NCBI GenBank assembly: GCA_938091905.1
Contig: CALKOM010000096.1
Location: 1 to 63,098 of the forward strand
Length of the DNA stretch: 63,098 bases
Direction of reading: 5' to 3'
DNA from: an uncultured Verrucomicrobiales bacterium
GTDB taxonomy: Bacteria > Verrucomicrobiota > Verrucomicrobiia > Verrucomicrobiales > DEV007
Both the position numbers and the translations under genes were made by a program. Each line of letters opens with the position of its first letter. Position 1 is the stretch's first letter. The notes beneath the pieces were generated by a model. It worked only from the letters and a program-made list of their open reading frames with translations. It was not told where the DNA came from and did no database searches. This document shows positions 10,510 through 21,627 of the stretch, one piece after another.

Positions 10510-11826
10510 ATGCACACCAAATCCTCTCGTAGAAACTTTCTCCGCACTGCTGGTGCGACCGCAATCACCGCTCCCTTTGTAACGACAGGAGCCAAGGCCG
10601 TTTCTCCCAATGGCAAGCTTCAGCATGCGAGCTTCGGCGCTGCTGGCATGGCTGGTGCAGATATAGGTAGCCTCTCGCGGCACGATCAATTCCAGCTTGT
10701 GGCTGTGGCTGATGTGTCCAAAAGAAACCTGGAGGCGATCAAGAAGAAGCATCCCGATGTCCGAGTTTATCAAGATTGGCGGGAGTTGTTAGACAAAGAG
10801 GGGGACAAGATTGATTCCGTCAATGTATCCACACCCGACCACATGCATGGGCCGATGGGTCTGGCCGCTTTGGCACAAGGTAAGCATGTCTATGGTCAAA
10901 AGCCGCTGACTCAAAACCTATGGGAATGCCGCCAAGCCATGTTGCGGGCGCGCGAGAAGGGGGTGATGACACAAATGGGTATCCAAGTCTCCTCTGGATT
11001 TGAAGAGCGCTTTGCCGTCCGTCTCGTTCAAGATGGTAATATAGGCAAAGTGAAAGAAGTGCACAGTTTCTCGAACAAGGCTTGGGGTGATCCCAAACCA
11101 CGCCCTGAGTCTGGCCAAGAGCCGCCTGCCGATCTTGACTGGGACCTTTGGTTAGGCGTGGCCAAAGACCGCCCCTACATCAAGGGACACTATCATCCTG
11201 GAAATTGGAGGAAGCGTCGCGACTTTGGCACGGGAACATTAGGCGACATGGGGTGCCACATCTTCAGCTCTTGGTTTCGGGCGCTTGCTCTATCTGCGCC
11301 CTTGTCTGTGAAATCTACCGGGCCAGAGCCGAATGAGCACAACTGGGCGATTAATGGCCAGGTCGAATACACCTTCCCGGGGACCTTTTACACCGAGGGG
11401 CAGACCGTAAAGGTGACTTGGTATGATGGCTCGTCTCGACCTCCCAAGGAGATTACAGATCTGGTGGATAAGGTGCCGGGGCAGGGGAATATCATTGTCG
11501 GCACAGAAGGTGTGCTGCTTCATCCTCATGGTGGTCGACCCGTGATGTTTCCAAGAGATCGCTACGAGAAGTTCCGCTACCCCAAGCTTGAGCCGCGGAA
11601 CCACTACATGGAGTATGTTGATAGTTGCTTGAATGGTGGTCCCAAGCCCTCCGCCAATTTCGAGTATGCCGCGCCACTGACTGAGGCAGTTCTGTTAGGC
11701 TGTGTGGCGAGCATCTTCCCTGACGAGACTCTTTTGTGGGACTCGGACGATCTTCGTTTCCGCAATTCCGAGGCAGCGACCGGCTTTGTAAAACGCGACT
11801 ATCGCAAGGGCTGGGAGCCCGTTTAA
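10510..11826 (+). CDS. Gfo/Idh/MocA family oxidoreductase with Tat signal
   Basis: SRRNFL Tat motif; VSTPDHMH, HVYGQKPL, LDWDLWLG and GTLGDMGCH motifs. Confidence 0.92.
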   Translation: MHTKSSRRNFLRTAGATAITAPFVTTGAKAVSPNGKLQHASFGAAGMAGADIGSLSRHDQFQLVAVADVSKRNLEAIKKKHPDVRVYQDWRELLDKEGDKIDSVNVSTPDHMHGPMGLAALAQGKHVYGQKPLTQNLWECRQAMLRAREKGVMTQMGIQVSSGFEERFAVRLVQDGNIGKVKEVHSFSNKAWGDPKPRPESGQEPPADLDWDLWLGVAKDRPYIKGHYHPGNWRKRRDFGTGTLGDMGCHIFSSWFRALALSAPLSVKSTGPEPNEHNWAINGQVEYTFPGTFYTEGQTVKVTWYDGSSRPPKEITDLVDKVPGQGNIIVGTEGVLLHPHGGRPVMFPRDRYEKFRYPKLEPRNHYMEYVDSCLNGGPKPSANFEYAAPLTEAVLLGCVASIFPDETLLWDSDDLRFRNSEAATGFVKRDYRKGWEPV

Positions 11827-12531
11827 ATGCGGCTCCTTCTCTTCGATATCGATGGTACTCTGGTAGACACTGGCGGCATTGGTCGCAGTTCTCTGCAGGA
11901 GGGGATGCGCTTGGCATTCCCAGAGGCTGTCGGCGAGCAAGAAGTTCCTCCACTTGAGCTGGCTGGAGCGACTGATCTTGGGCTTACACGGTTTCTTTTT
12001 GAGACCTTCGATGTCGAGCAGACGATTGAGAATGAGACAGCGTTCTTGGATGCCTATGTCGGTGTGCTGCGCGATGAGATTATCGCAAAGGATGGGACTG
12101 TCCGCGGCCGGGTGCTGGACGGCGTGAATGCTCTTCTAGATCGTCTCACTCAATTGCCAGATGTGGCCGTAGGCCTTCTTACAGGGAATACGTTGGAGGG
12201 AGCACAGACGAAGATGGATGCGTATGGACTGTCCCAATACTTCTGTTTTGAAAGTGGTGCTTACGGCTCTGATCACTGGGACCGAAACGAGTTAGGATTT
12301 GTGGCGATCACTCGTGCTTCGGAGAAACGAGGGCACTGTTTTTCGCCTGACCAAGTCACCGTCATTGGCGACACGCCGAAGGACATCGCTTGTGGGAAAG
12401 CCTGCGGAGCACGCACACTTGCGGTGGCGACGGGTTGCTTCGAACGCGGTGCGTTGGCTGGGCATGAGCCGAATCAGTTGGTAGGGGATCTGGCTGCAAC
12501 GGAGGAAATCGTTTCTTGGCTGATGCGCTGA
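11827..12531 (+). CDS. HAD-superfamily hydrolase (phosphoglycolate phosphatase-like)
   Basis: LFDIDGTL (motif I), LLTGN (motif II) and IGDTPKD (motif IV). Confidence 0.9.
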   Translation: MRLLLFDIDGTLVDTGGIGRSSLQEGMRLAFPEAVGEQEVPPLELAGATDLGLTRFLFETFDVEQTIENETAFLDAYVGVLRDEIIAKDGTVRGRVLDGVNALLDRLTQLPDVAVGLLTGNTLEGAQTKMDAYGLSQYFCFESGAYGSDHWDRNELGFVAITRASEKRGHCFSPDQVTVIGDTPKDIACGKACGARTLAVATGCFERGALAGHEPNQLVGDLAATEEIVSWLMR

Positions 12532-12927
12532 CGCAGTTGGGGGGGGCTTAAGATGGGAGCAGTTTCCAAGGCATGTGTGGGGACTAAACTTCACATTCTG
12601 AGCCCAGTTCTTGACGGGAAATGTCAGGACCATGCTCGAACTTGGCTATCTTACCATGAATATTGTGACCGACAGAGGCCCACTGGATCCTGGCATCTTC
12701 AATTCATTGACGGGCTTTCGCAAAGGTTCGAGGGGGATGGCACCATTCATCAGAGGTAGTATAATTATGAATGTGTCGCGAAATGTCAGGAGCCTCTCCC
12801 CGTGTAAGGTGGTCTGCTCCAAAACTCTTTACACGCTATGCGGTGAACTGGTAATCATTCTCCTCGGTTGCCAGCTGACATATCGAATACCCGATAACTC
12901 TCCAAGAGCATCCGCGTTCAAGACCCA

Positions 12928-14016
12928 ATGTCCCGTATTCGATCTCACATACCCTTAAGATTCGTTCGGCTTCGTCGATTGATCTTCGGCGTGCTGCTCC
13001 TGATCGTGGGTACGTTGCCGTTGTCGGCCAACGAGGGGACGCTTTTGGGCCGATACGAAACCGCCTTGCCAGACACGGGTAAGGATCGAGGCGACATCAC
13101 ACGCCATCCAACCGAAGCGATGCGTTTCCGCTGGACCAATGATAGTGGAACGTCGTGGGACCTGACGCCGAATATCGCGAATGGCCTGCTGGAAGCGGCC
13201 GAGGGCAAGCCTGACATCCAGTTGCAATTCGAGGGCCGTCCGGGTGAGTCGGCCGTGCGGACCATTCGGATCAACGGTAGACTCTACTTTAGGAAGTCAG
13301 TTCACGGCACGAAGCGCACCACGACGCTTGTAGCAGAGGCCCCGGCTGAACATACTGCCGCGGGGAAAGTCACCAAGATCGATATACACACCTATGAAGT
13401 AGGCAATATCACGATTCACAAGCCATCCCGGGAAATCGTTTTTGAGGCCTCTGTGAACCAAATTGATGGCCCCATTGAGTATTTGTTGGTCACTCGTAGA
13501 GGCAAGACACACGAGGCGCTCTTCTCGTGCCGTATTCGGCCGATCGACCTCAACGTGGCCTTCCTTCTACTCGGCTACGAACCGTCGCCTGAGCTGTTTG
13601 AAATCCGGACACCTGATCACCGGCCGACTGGTAAATACCCCACGGTGTCGGAGAACGTACGCTCGCTCGCTCGTCTCGATATCTCTGCAGCATGGATCAC
13701 CGAAGGTAGGCGGATGAGGTCCCCGATGAATGAGTTGATCATTAACGAAGAAACCGGAAAGCCGATGGCTGCTGGCCCGTGGCTATACACTGGCTCGGTC
13801 GTCACCGAGACTGGATTCCGTGCCGGGAAAACTGGCGATATCGCGGCGGTTTTCTCGGATCCCAGTGCCATGGTGAACCATCCCGGTCAGTCGCGGATCC
13901 GTGACGACATCTGGTTTGTCAACCGTGGTCCGCTTCCTGCCAAGGGCTCGCCTGTCACAATCTCTATCAAGCCCTTCTCAGATTCTGACGAGCCCCAAGC
14001 TACAGAGAGACCGTGA
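12928..14016 (+). CDS. Secreted YdjY-domain-containing protein
   Basis: Signal peptide; VNQIDGPIEYLLVTRRGKTHEALF..IRPIDLNVAFLLLG, WLYTGS and LPAKGSPVTISIKP match my recollection of the YdjY domain. Confidence 0.7.
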   Translation: MSRIRSHIPLRFVRLRRLIFGVLLLIVGTLPLSANEGTLLGRYETALPDTGKDRGDITRHPTEAMRFRWTNDSGTSWDLTPNIANGLLEAAEGKPDIQLQFEGRPGESAVRTIRINGRLYFRKSVHGTKRTTTLVAEAPAEHTAAGKVTKIDIHTYEVGNITIHKPSREIVFEASVNQIDGPIEYLLVTRRGKTHEALFSCRIRPIDLNVAFLLLGYEPSPELFEIRTPDHRPTGKYPTVSENVRSLARLDISAAWITEGRRMRSPMNELIINEETGKPMAAGPWLYTGSVVTETGFRAGKTGDIAAVFSDPSAMVNHPGQSRIRDDIWFVNRGPLPAKGSPVTISIKPFSDSDEPQATERP

Positions 14017-14088
14017 GGACCTAAGCCGTTACTATTTGATACCGTTCGGGCATAGCTTTAAGACCCTAGCTAAACGATCAAATATTAA

Positions 14089-16435
14089 ATGATAACCAAT
14101 TTTACTCGCAGGTATGGTGCTATGCGGCAGCATCCGCGCACAGGTCGCTTACAATGTTGAGAGTGGCTCTTCGTGGTCGGCGACGACGAGTGTCGGGCGC
14201 GATGCCGTGGTTCCCAGCTGGTTTTACAACCTCGGCATCACCGGTTTGAGTGTGTAGCTCGCCCCGAACGCTGGTGGTGAAATATGTTTTTTCCGGATCA
14301 CCTGCTAATGGACTCCTGTAAGCAGAGGACGTGATCACCGGAGTGGAGGGTCAGGCGTTTACTGAGGACCATTAGAGCGGTTACAGCCCAGAGGTTTTTA
14401 GAGCGCAAGGACCGATCAGTGAATTCAGAGTGGCTCTGGACACGATTCAGTCTACCGATGGTCTCCTCGACGTGTCTTTTCAACCGTGGAATGAGCTCGC
14501 AGAACGTCACGCTCGATGTGGGAACGGTCTACCGGGAGTTTCTCGCCAACCTTTTCGGACAGCTGCCCGAAATCTACTCTCATCCTCGCCGAATTACTAA
14601 CCTACCTGCAAACTTCTCAATTGAATGATGGGACTTGGGAGGGACAGGGCGGCCACGAGAATAGCATCTTTGTGTGGCTCGCCTTGCTGGCCGACAGCAG
14701 CACAGCAAGTATAACCGCAGCTGACAATCTTGCCGCTTACTACGACAACCAGACCAACGCGGCCATTCCACAGCACGGCCTCCATCACTGGAAATACTTC
14801 ACGGCCGCGATTCATCTATCAGAATACTAAAATAAGACGAGCAAACCCTGGGTCTTGATCAAACTGCAAACCCTCTACACCTACCTCATCGACAGCCAGT
14901 ACAAGGACATCTCTCAGTTGGTGCTGCCCCAAACCCACGACGTCGATCCGACGAAATTTGGTTTTGACGGCTGGAGACACAATCCCTGTTTCGAAGGCTA
15001 CGGCCCCATCTGCATGGCCACGGGTCAGGGAACTCTGGCACTCGCCCTCATGGATCGTGTTGGAGTGACAGTCGATCGCACCCGCCTAGATGCCGCCTAC
15101 GAATTCCTCGTCAAGGGCACTGGATCAAACAACTATGTGTGGTATGCCGATTAGGATGGGTCGGGAGGCAATCCGGATGCCTGGAGTGATCTCGGGCGCA
15201 CCGGTGCGACATCCATCGCCTATCGGATGAGTCCTTACTCGCACCCGATTTATCGAGCCCGCGCGCTGAACTACGCACGCTTCATGGGGACTCATCCTCA
15301 AAGTTTCCCGAAACCCTCGGCTCGCCGACGATGGGTATGGCTTACGCGGCGATGGACGCTCAGTTCGATCCGGGGAGTTTCAGTCAATTGTTGGATAACA
15401 ACTTGTGGTGGTTCTCGCTCTCCCAATGAACGGATGGATCCTTCTACTATCAGTCCAACCGGGACAATGCCATCTACAACGCCAACCCGCGATTCGTGGC
15501 CTCCAGTGTCATGGCGTTGATACTGTCATTAGCTAAAAAGAATATGTTGGTATATGCGCAGATGGTGGACCCGACGTGGATACCGGGCGACCTCAAAGTG
15601 TCGATCCTTGACGAAGAAACTGACATTGTGAAAACAGTGGGGACGTTAGTTTCCGCAGCTAATTTTGGCGAGGTCGCCGTGACGGTAAACGGCGTCCTTC
15701 ACGGAGCGGGAAGCGCGGCACGTGTCGGCCTTTCCCTCAATTCAGGAAACTCCGTGGTTCTGCATAGCAACGATGGGGCAACGCTTGTGACCCAAGGCGT
15801 TCATTGCTTGTCCAGCTTCCAAGCCTCCAGAATTGCGGCAGGGCCACACATTCTGGTAGTGCCTGATCCGATGCTGAAAAGTCTAGGTGACTATGGAGGT
15901 CCAACCCTAACAAGACGTTATCTTGCTGGTGGCCTGGTCATCGATGCCGGTGGCATAAGCCCTCATTCGAAGGACCAGCACGGTTTTCCCCGGCCCATCG
16001 GTCACCGTGCAGCCATTGGGGCGGTAGAGAGGGAGAGTGAAAACTCCTTTGGTTTGTGCTTAAAGTAAGTGTTAGTTGGCGGTAGTGCGTCTTTCACTGG
16101 GGCTGATCATGACGACACCGATCCGAACGGCTACGAATTCCAACCGCAAGCCTATCCTGCAACCAAATGATCGAGGTGGCGTTGAGTTTACTTTCGGCTA
16201 CAGGCCTGGCGTCACAGGGATTTGCTGGATTGTGGAGCGAAGCAACACGGTGAGAGGCTATACGGAGATCTATCGCTATGACGGTCAAAGGGAAACCGCC
16301 GCTAGCAACGTCGAGGCTCAGGTTGATCCTAGCGACCTGACCAAGATTATTGTCACAGACAATGCGCCCATGGAGCCTCGCACCTCTTATCGGTCGAGAA
16401 TCGTTCAGAAAGGCCCTCAAAGCGACTTGCTTTGA
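14089..16435 (+). pseudogene. Degraded DUF6288 (PDZ + alpha/alpha-barrel) secreted protein with choice-of-anchor Q and C-terminal domain remnants
   Basis: Reconstructed segments: WFYNLGITGL, VVKYVFSGSPANG, GPISEF, HWKY...LSEY*, GWRHNPCFEGYGPICMATGQG, YVWYAD*, DLGRTGA, WWFSLSQ*TDGSFYYQ.NRDN. These are followed by LGDYGGPTLT..IDAG..DQHGFPR..IGAVE. Multiple stops (e.g. 14255, 14828, 15152) and frameshifts. Confidence 0.7.
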
Positions 16436-16576
16436 AGGAGAATCTTTCCTGGACCCGCCAAGAGGTGGTCGCTTTCATGTCGATACGCCCGCAGGCATTC
16501 TCGGTAAAAATCTGATCTGTTTCCCATCGAATCGTCATGAAAAAGCTTCGCATTAAAACTTTTAATTGTCATTATT

Positions 16577-17570
16577 ATGAAAATATTGATGAGCGCTCAT
16601 ATTTACGCAGGCCCTCAGGTCGCTGATCATTTGGGGATTGCTTCTGGCTAGTCCTTTGGCGCGAGCTGCCCTGGTGTCTTGGGATTCGATCACCACGAGC
16701 ACAACTGTAGGGCCCCCGAGTATTGATCCAAATAATGGCTATCGGTATGAAAACGATGTCACGGTCGTAACGACCTTTACGGCAGGAGGATCGACCTACG
16801 AACCGTTGGTTGAATTTCCTTAGGTCGACTTCGACTTCAAGGCGAACCCAGTGGAGACCCGTGTTTGGTATGAGCGGAATGATATGCCAAGCAACGGCAA
16901 CGATACGGGCTACACGGGGAATGCGTTGGTCGATCTGGCCGACATGTTTTCCACGCCGCTTCGAATTAATTATGGCTCTGACGATACCTTCAATCGCACC
17001 CTGGATGCCGTGCGATTCAAAAGTATGACCGGCGTGCAATTAAATGATCCGTTAGAGCTGAAAGAGGCTGGCGTCTCTATTATTGAAAGTTAGGCGAATG
17101 ATAGGAATATCAACATGCGATTGGTCATGAGTGTGGATGGAGTAGGGAAAGCACTAACTTATTCCTAAGAAGTAACGATTGGAGATGGGGATCCCTTTGG
17201 AAGTGGCGTCACCAGCATGCACCATGCTCTTTGGGATTCGGAGACGAATGACAGGGGCGGTCCATTCGATCAGCCAGACGACATCGATCAGGTTCAAAAC
17301 ATAGGAGGTCTCTTGCTAACGTTTCACCAGTTTAGAATCAATGTAGGGGACCGTGTTTATGGGTATGAAATCTCGGCTGCGGATAGCGGTCCCAGAACGG
17401 GCCTGGATCTGCTTCCATCCTGGGCGGCCTTTCGGAGCACGATGCTTACAAATGCAGCGCTCACCGTCGTGCCGAGCCCTGAGCCGACGAATGGCTTTGT
17501 TGTCCTATCACTAGTGCTCGGGTTTTCAGTGCTATTACACCGTCAGCGTCGTAGCCGGGAAAGAGTATGA
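16577..17570 (+). pseudogene. PEP-CTERM surface protein, interrupted
   Basis: ORFs 16638, 16851 and 17217 share one frame, broken by TAG 16821, TAG 17091 and TAA 17166. The C-terminus SPEPTNGFVVLSLVLGFSVLLHRQRR is PEP + TM + basic tail. The signal peptide is frameshifted near 16590. Confidence 0.8.
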
Positions 17571-19169
17571 ATGCCCATCCTCATCCTAGCGAATGGCACG
17601 CCAAGCATATTGGCGGTGCTCTGCTGATCCTGGTGGCATAGATCGCCTGCATCACGCACTTGGCCGTTGAATGGCGTTACAATCCGGAGTATCAATTTGG
17701 GTGGCTGATGCCAATCGTGTTGTTGCTCCTGTTGAGGCTGCGGTTTCGCCAACATCTTGGGAGCCTTTGCCGGGGCGGCCTATGGTTTCTTGGGGACACT
17801 GCGCGGTGCTTTTTGGTGTCCTTCTCGCTTGGCTACCGGTGAGACTGATTGGGCATGCCAATGTGGACTGGCATCTCATAAGCTGGGTTACCTTTGTTCT
17901 GGCTAGCGCTCTTACGGTAGTGATTCTCCACGCGCTAGGTGGATGGAAGGCCGTCACCCAGTATGCAACGCCGTTTCTGATCATGGCGGCGGCGGTGCCT
18001 CTTCCATATGCTATCGAGTACTACCTGATTGATTCTCTCAAGCAACTGACGACCAAGGTGTCACCTTGGAGGTCTTGCATCTTGGTGGTATTGCGGCTGA
18101 ACGCGTCGGACGTGATATGATCACTCTTCGGCATACTGTCCTCGGCATTGAAGATTGAGGTACGGGGATACGGTCGCTGCATCTTTGTCTAGCCGCTGCG
18201 TTGTTCTGGGGAGAACTTCATCGGTTGCCTGTTCTGGGGAGAGCAGCCTACCTGTTCCTAGCGGCGGTGGTGGCTGTTGTGATGAACAGCATTCGTAGCG
18301 TGTCGCTTGCCATGCTTGCCGAACACGGTGGGCGTGATCTCTTCGATCGGCATCATCAGTTGGCCGGATCGATTGCACAGATACTAACGTTGACTTTAGT
18401 GCTGTGTGTGGTGCTGAAATGGAGAGATGGTGTTGCAAGGAAACCTCGCCCAGCCTCACGGGAATTTTGTTGGCCGCAGATGCCACTCGTTTAACTCCAT
18501 GGATGGCTGTTTGGAGGTCTTGCTGTTGTCCTTTTAATGATGGAGGGAGCACGCGTAGTGTGGTTCAGCAGGGGATCTGTTCCAGCCAAGATAGATGAAT
18601 GGACGTTTCAATCGCCGACAGACGAGTTGGTTTATCGGACCGTTCCCTTTCCAAAGAGCTGGGCGAGGCAGATGGGGGTTGATTTCACCCATTCAACCGA
18701 GTGGCGGGGGCCTGAAGAAAGTCATCGCGTGGCTCACTACATCCAATGGTCTTCGGAAAACCCGGCGGTGTTGACTGTTCGCGGTCATCAACCTGAAATA
18801 TGTTTGGAGGGAGCGGGATTCGAGTTGCAAGGAGGTCCCTTGTTTCAGAATTTCCGGGTCGGTGAATCGAATTACGAGTTTCGAAGATACCAGTTTGTTA
18901 GGCAGGATACGGATGTCATTGTTTACTTTGGCGTGTGGTCAAGCGACGGGCGGAAAGGAGCCCTGCGAGAGGGCTCGAGCGTTTATCGTCGAGAGCGGTT
19001 GATGCGGGCGTGGCGTGGTGAGGGCAACCAAGGCCGTCGTTTGATCGAGGTGGGTTTTTGGGACACGTCATTAGAGGCTGCTGACTGCGAAATGGCAGCT
19101 TTTGTTCGCCGAACAATCCACCCAGTACATCGTCAACCATCAAACGGGGCGACTTATGCGACTCGTTAG
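17567..19169 (+). pseudogene. Exosortase fused to an EpsI-like domain, interrupted
   Basis: ATGA overlap with the PEP-CTERM gene. Motifs WRYNPEYQFGWLMP, AVPLP, GIED*GTGIRSL, NSIR, HHQLAG and EpsI-type HQPEICLEGAG. Stops at 17639, 18156 and 18492 plus frameshifts. Confidence 0.8.
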
Positions 19170-20385
19170 ACTAGCAATAAGTAAACCTGGGATTTGGTCG
19201 TTAGTGGTCTTGGTAGGCGCTTGCCTAGCTTACTATAATGATTAGAAAACAGATTGCCTATTTTCCCACGCGGAACAGTTTCTTGCCGGTGGCGATCCCG
19301 ATGGTGCCGTAATCATGGCGCGTTCTGCCTTTGCCGGTGACTCCGATGATGCTGCGGCGAGAGAGATTCTCATGCAGGCTTATGAAGCGAGGCGCGACCC
19401 TCGCGTGCTCGAACTGGTATCCGGCGATCCGCTTATCAGTACTCTCAAAGCGATCGAATTGGGAGTTGAGCTACGTGCCCGGGATTCCTACTCGAAATTG
19501 ATGCCTGGGCGTAGCGTGGATGCTCTCAGTTATCACGAGATGGGGCTGTATTTGTTTCGCAACGGTCCTCAGATCTTTCTGCAGCACACCGTGGCTCTGG
19601 CCGACTTGAGGCCTGCAAATCCCGAGACGTTATTGAGCCTCGCGTATGCTTCGTTAAGAGCGGGAGTTGATTATCCGGAAAGGCATCGGTTGGGGCTCGT
19701 AAATGCCGCAGAAGGGAAAGGCAGTTCGCACTCGGCAGACGCCTCTGCCATGGCTATGACCCTCATGTTGACGTCTTTTACCGCGAAGCCTTGGCCAAGA
19801 TCGATCGTGGAGTTGACGGGTTGGTTACAGATCCATATTGAGTCGGCTGATACGGTGCATCCGTCGTTTCTGAGGGCGCTGGAAGCGAGTCGTGCCGCTA
19901 GGCCGGATGTTGAGAGGGCTGTGACCTCTTCGTTGCTCAAACTGAACTGTGAGTTCAAAAGCGGTTCCGAAACTCGAAAGGTGGCGGAAGGCCTCACTCG
20001 AATCGGAAGGGGAGACGTGTTGATTCGATGGTATCAAGAGTATCCCGAAGCGTTTCCTGAGGTAGAGCCACAAGAGCCGCAGAATGCGTTTGCCCGGTTG
20101 CTCATTGCCGATGCCTCCGCTGCGGGCGATCGCTGAGATATAGTAGCAGATGTGATAGGAGAGGGGCCTTTCTCGCAGTGGGGGGAGCTGCGCTTCCTGA
20201 GGCATTTCTATAGGGGACGGATGATGCGTGAGCGAGATCAGAGGGATCGATCTCTCCTGGACCATGAGCGCCAGTTTTTTGCGCAAGCCAGTGTGGGCGA
20301 TGCCAAGCGATGTGCGACGAAGCCTTGGCAACAGGCGGTCTTAGCCGAATTGGTGGAGAAATACGTTCTAGATCATAGTCGTTGA
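19156..20385 (+). pseudogene. Membrane-anchored helical/TPR-like protein, interrupted
   Basis: One frame from ATG 19156 (N-terminal TM) through ORFs 19315 and 20152, broken by TAG 19243 and TGA 20134. Ala/Leu-rich helical sequence. Confidence 0.6.
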
Positions 20386-20421
20386 CTTGCCCTGATGCAG
20401 TTTCTGTTTGAGACTTCGCTC

Positions 20422-21627
20422 ATGAAACGGATTCTCTTACTTGCTTCGACACTTCTTGTCTCACCACTCGCGGCTAGCGAATGGCCATTCTTTGCGGGCC
20501 CAAATTTTAACGGAGCGTCTTCCGAGACGGGCTGGAAAGCCGATTGGGGCGATGATGGGCCCAAGATCGCTTGGAAAGCCAAGGTCGGCACGGGTGCAGC
20601 GAGCTTCGTAGTGAGTGGAAAACGCGTCATTACCTCGGGTGCGAATGGTGACAAGGAAACCGTCTTCTGTTTCGATGCGGACTCGGGAAAAGCGCTATGG
20701 AAGAACACGTTTGATTGCGAGTTCGAAAAGCGGATGTTTGACGGAGGTACGGCCGCCACACCGACGATTCATGGTGATCGTGTCTACAACTTAAGCTACG
20801 ATGGACAGCTCCAGTGCCTTTCCCTTGAGAATGGTAAAGTGATTTGGAAAACGCATTTGATAGAAAAATTTGGTGGCAAGCTATCAAGGTGGAAATACTC
20901 GTCGTCTCCACTGGTTGTTGGAGATCTCTTGATCTTGGACAATGGCGGCAAGGGGAATTCAACTCTCGCGCTAAACAAGAACAGCGGCAGGAAAGTCTGG
21001 GGCAATGGTGACGAGAATGCTGGCTATTCCACGCCAACGCCGATCAAACTAAGAGGTAAGGACGCCGTTCTTGTCTTTAAGGGAACGGCGTTGGTGGCTC
21101 ACGATTTGAAAACCGGCAGGCGTTTGTGGGAAGTGCCCTGGAAGACTTCTTACGATGTGAATGCGTCTTCTCCAGTGCCGCTGCCAAACAATCAACTCAT
21201 CGTTTCGAGTGGCTACAATGATGGACGGGTAGCTCTGTTCGACTTGAGTAGCGGCAAGCCAAGGAAGCTTTGGACCAACGAGGACATCAAAACGAAAATG
21301 AGCAGCTGTGTTGTTTACAATGGACACGTCTTCGCCGTGTGTGGCGATACCAATGGACAGCTCATCTGTGTGTCGTTAAAAGATGGTAAGACGCAGTGGG
21401 CTCAGAAGGGCTTTGGTATGGGGACCCTTACATTGGCAGGGGGTAAGTTGCTAGCTCTTAGTGATAAAGGAAACCTGGTCGTCGCTGAAGCCACGGGAAA
21501 TCGCTACACGCCGATTTCGCAGGCTCAGTTGCTGAGCAAGCGCTGCTGGGTAAAGCCAGTCCTTTCGGATGGAAGGCTCTTTGTAAAGAACAATAGAGGT
21601 GACGTTGTCTGCGCAGACTTGCGGTAG
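20422..21627 (+). CDS. PQQ-binding-like beta-propeller repeat protein (BamB-like)
   Basis: Signal peptide, EWPFFAGP, repeated xDxxxGKxxW propeller blades, SSP motifs. Confidence 0.9.
   Translation: MKRILLLASTLLVSPLAASEWPFFAGPNFNGASSETGWKADWGDDGPKIAWKAKVGTGAASFVVSGKRVITSGANGDKETVFCFDADSGKALWKNTFDCEFEKRMFDGGTAATPTIHGDRVYNLSYDGQLQCLSLENGKVIWKTHLIEKFGGKLSRWKYSSSPLVVGDLLILDNGGKGNSTLALNKNSGRKVWGNGDENAGYSTPTPIKLRGKDAVLVFKGTALVAHDLKTGRRLWEVPWKTSYDVNASSPVPLPNNQLIVSSGYNDGRVALFDLSSGKPRKLWTNEDIKTKMSSCVVYNGHVFAVCGDTNGQLICVSLKDGKTQWAQKGFGMGTLTLAGGKLLALSDKGNLVVAEATGNRYTPISQAQLLSKRCWVKPVLSDGRLFVKNNRGDVVCADLR

Noticed and set aside
14089..20385. Stop-codon reassignment or readthrough explaining the in-frame stops
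   Set aside because: All three stop types occur together with frameshifts and a lost catalytic Cys, and intact genes in the window terminate with TAA, TAG and TGA.
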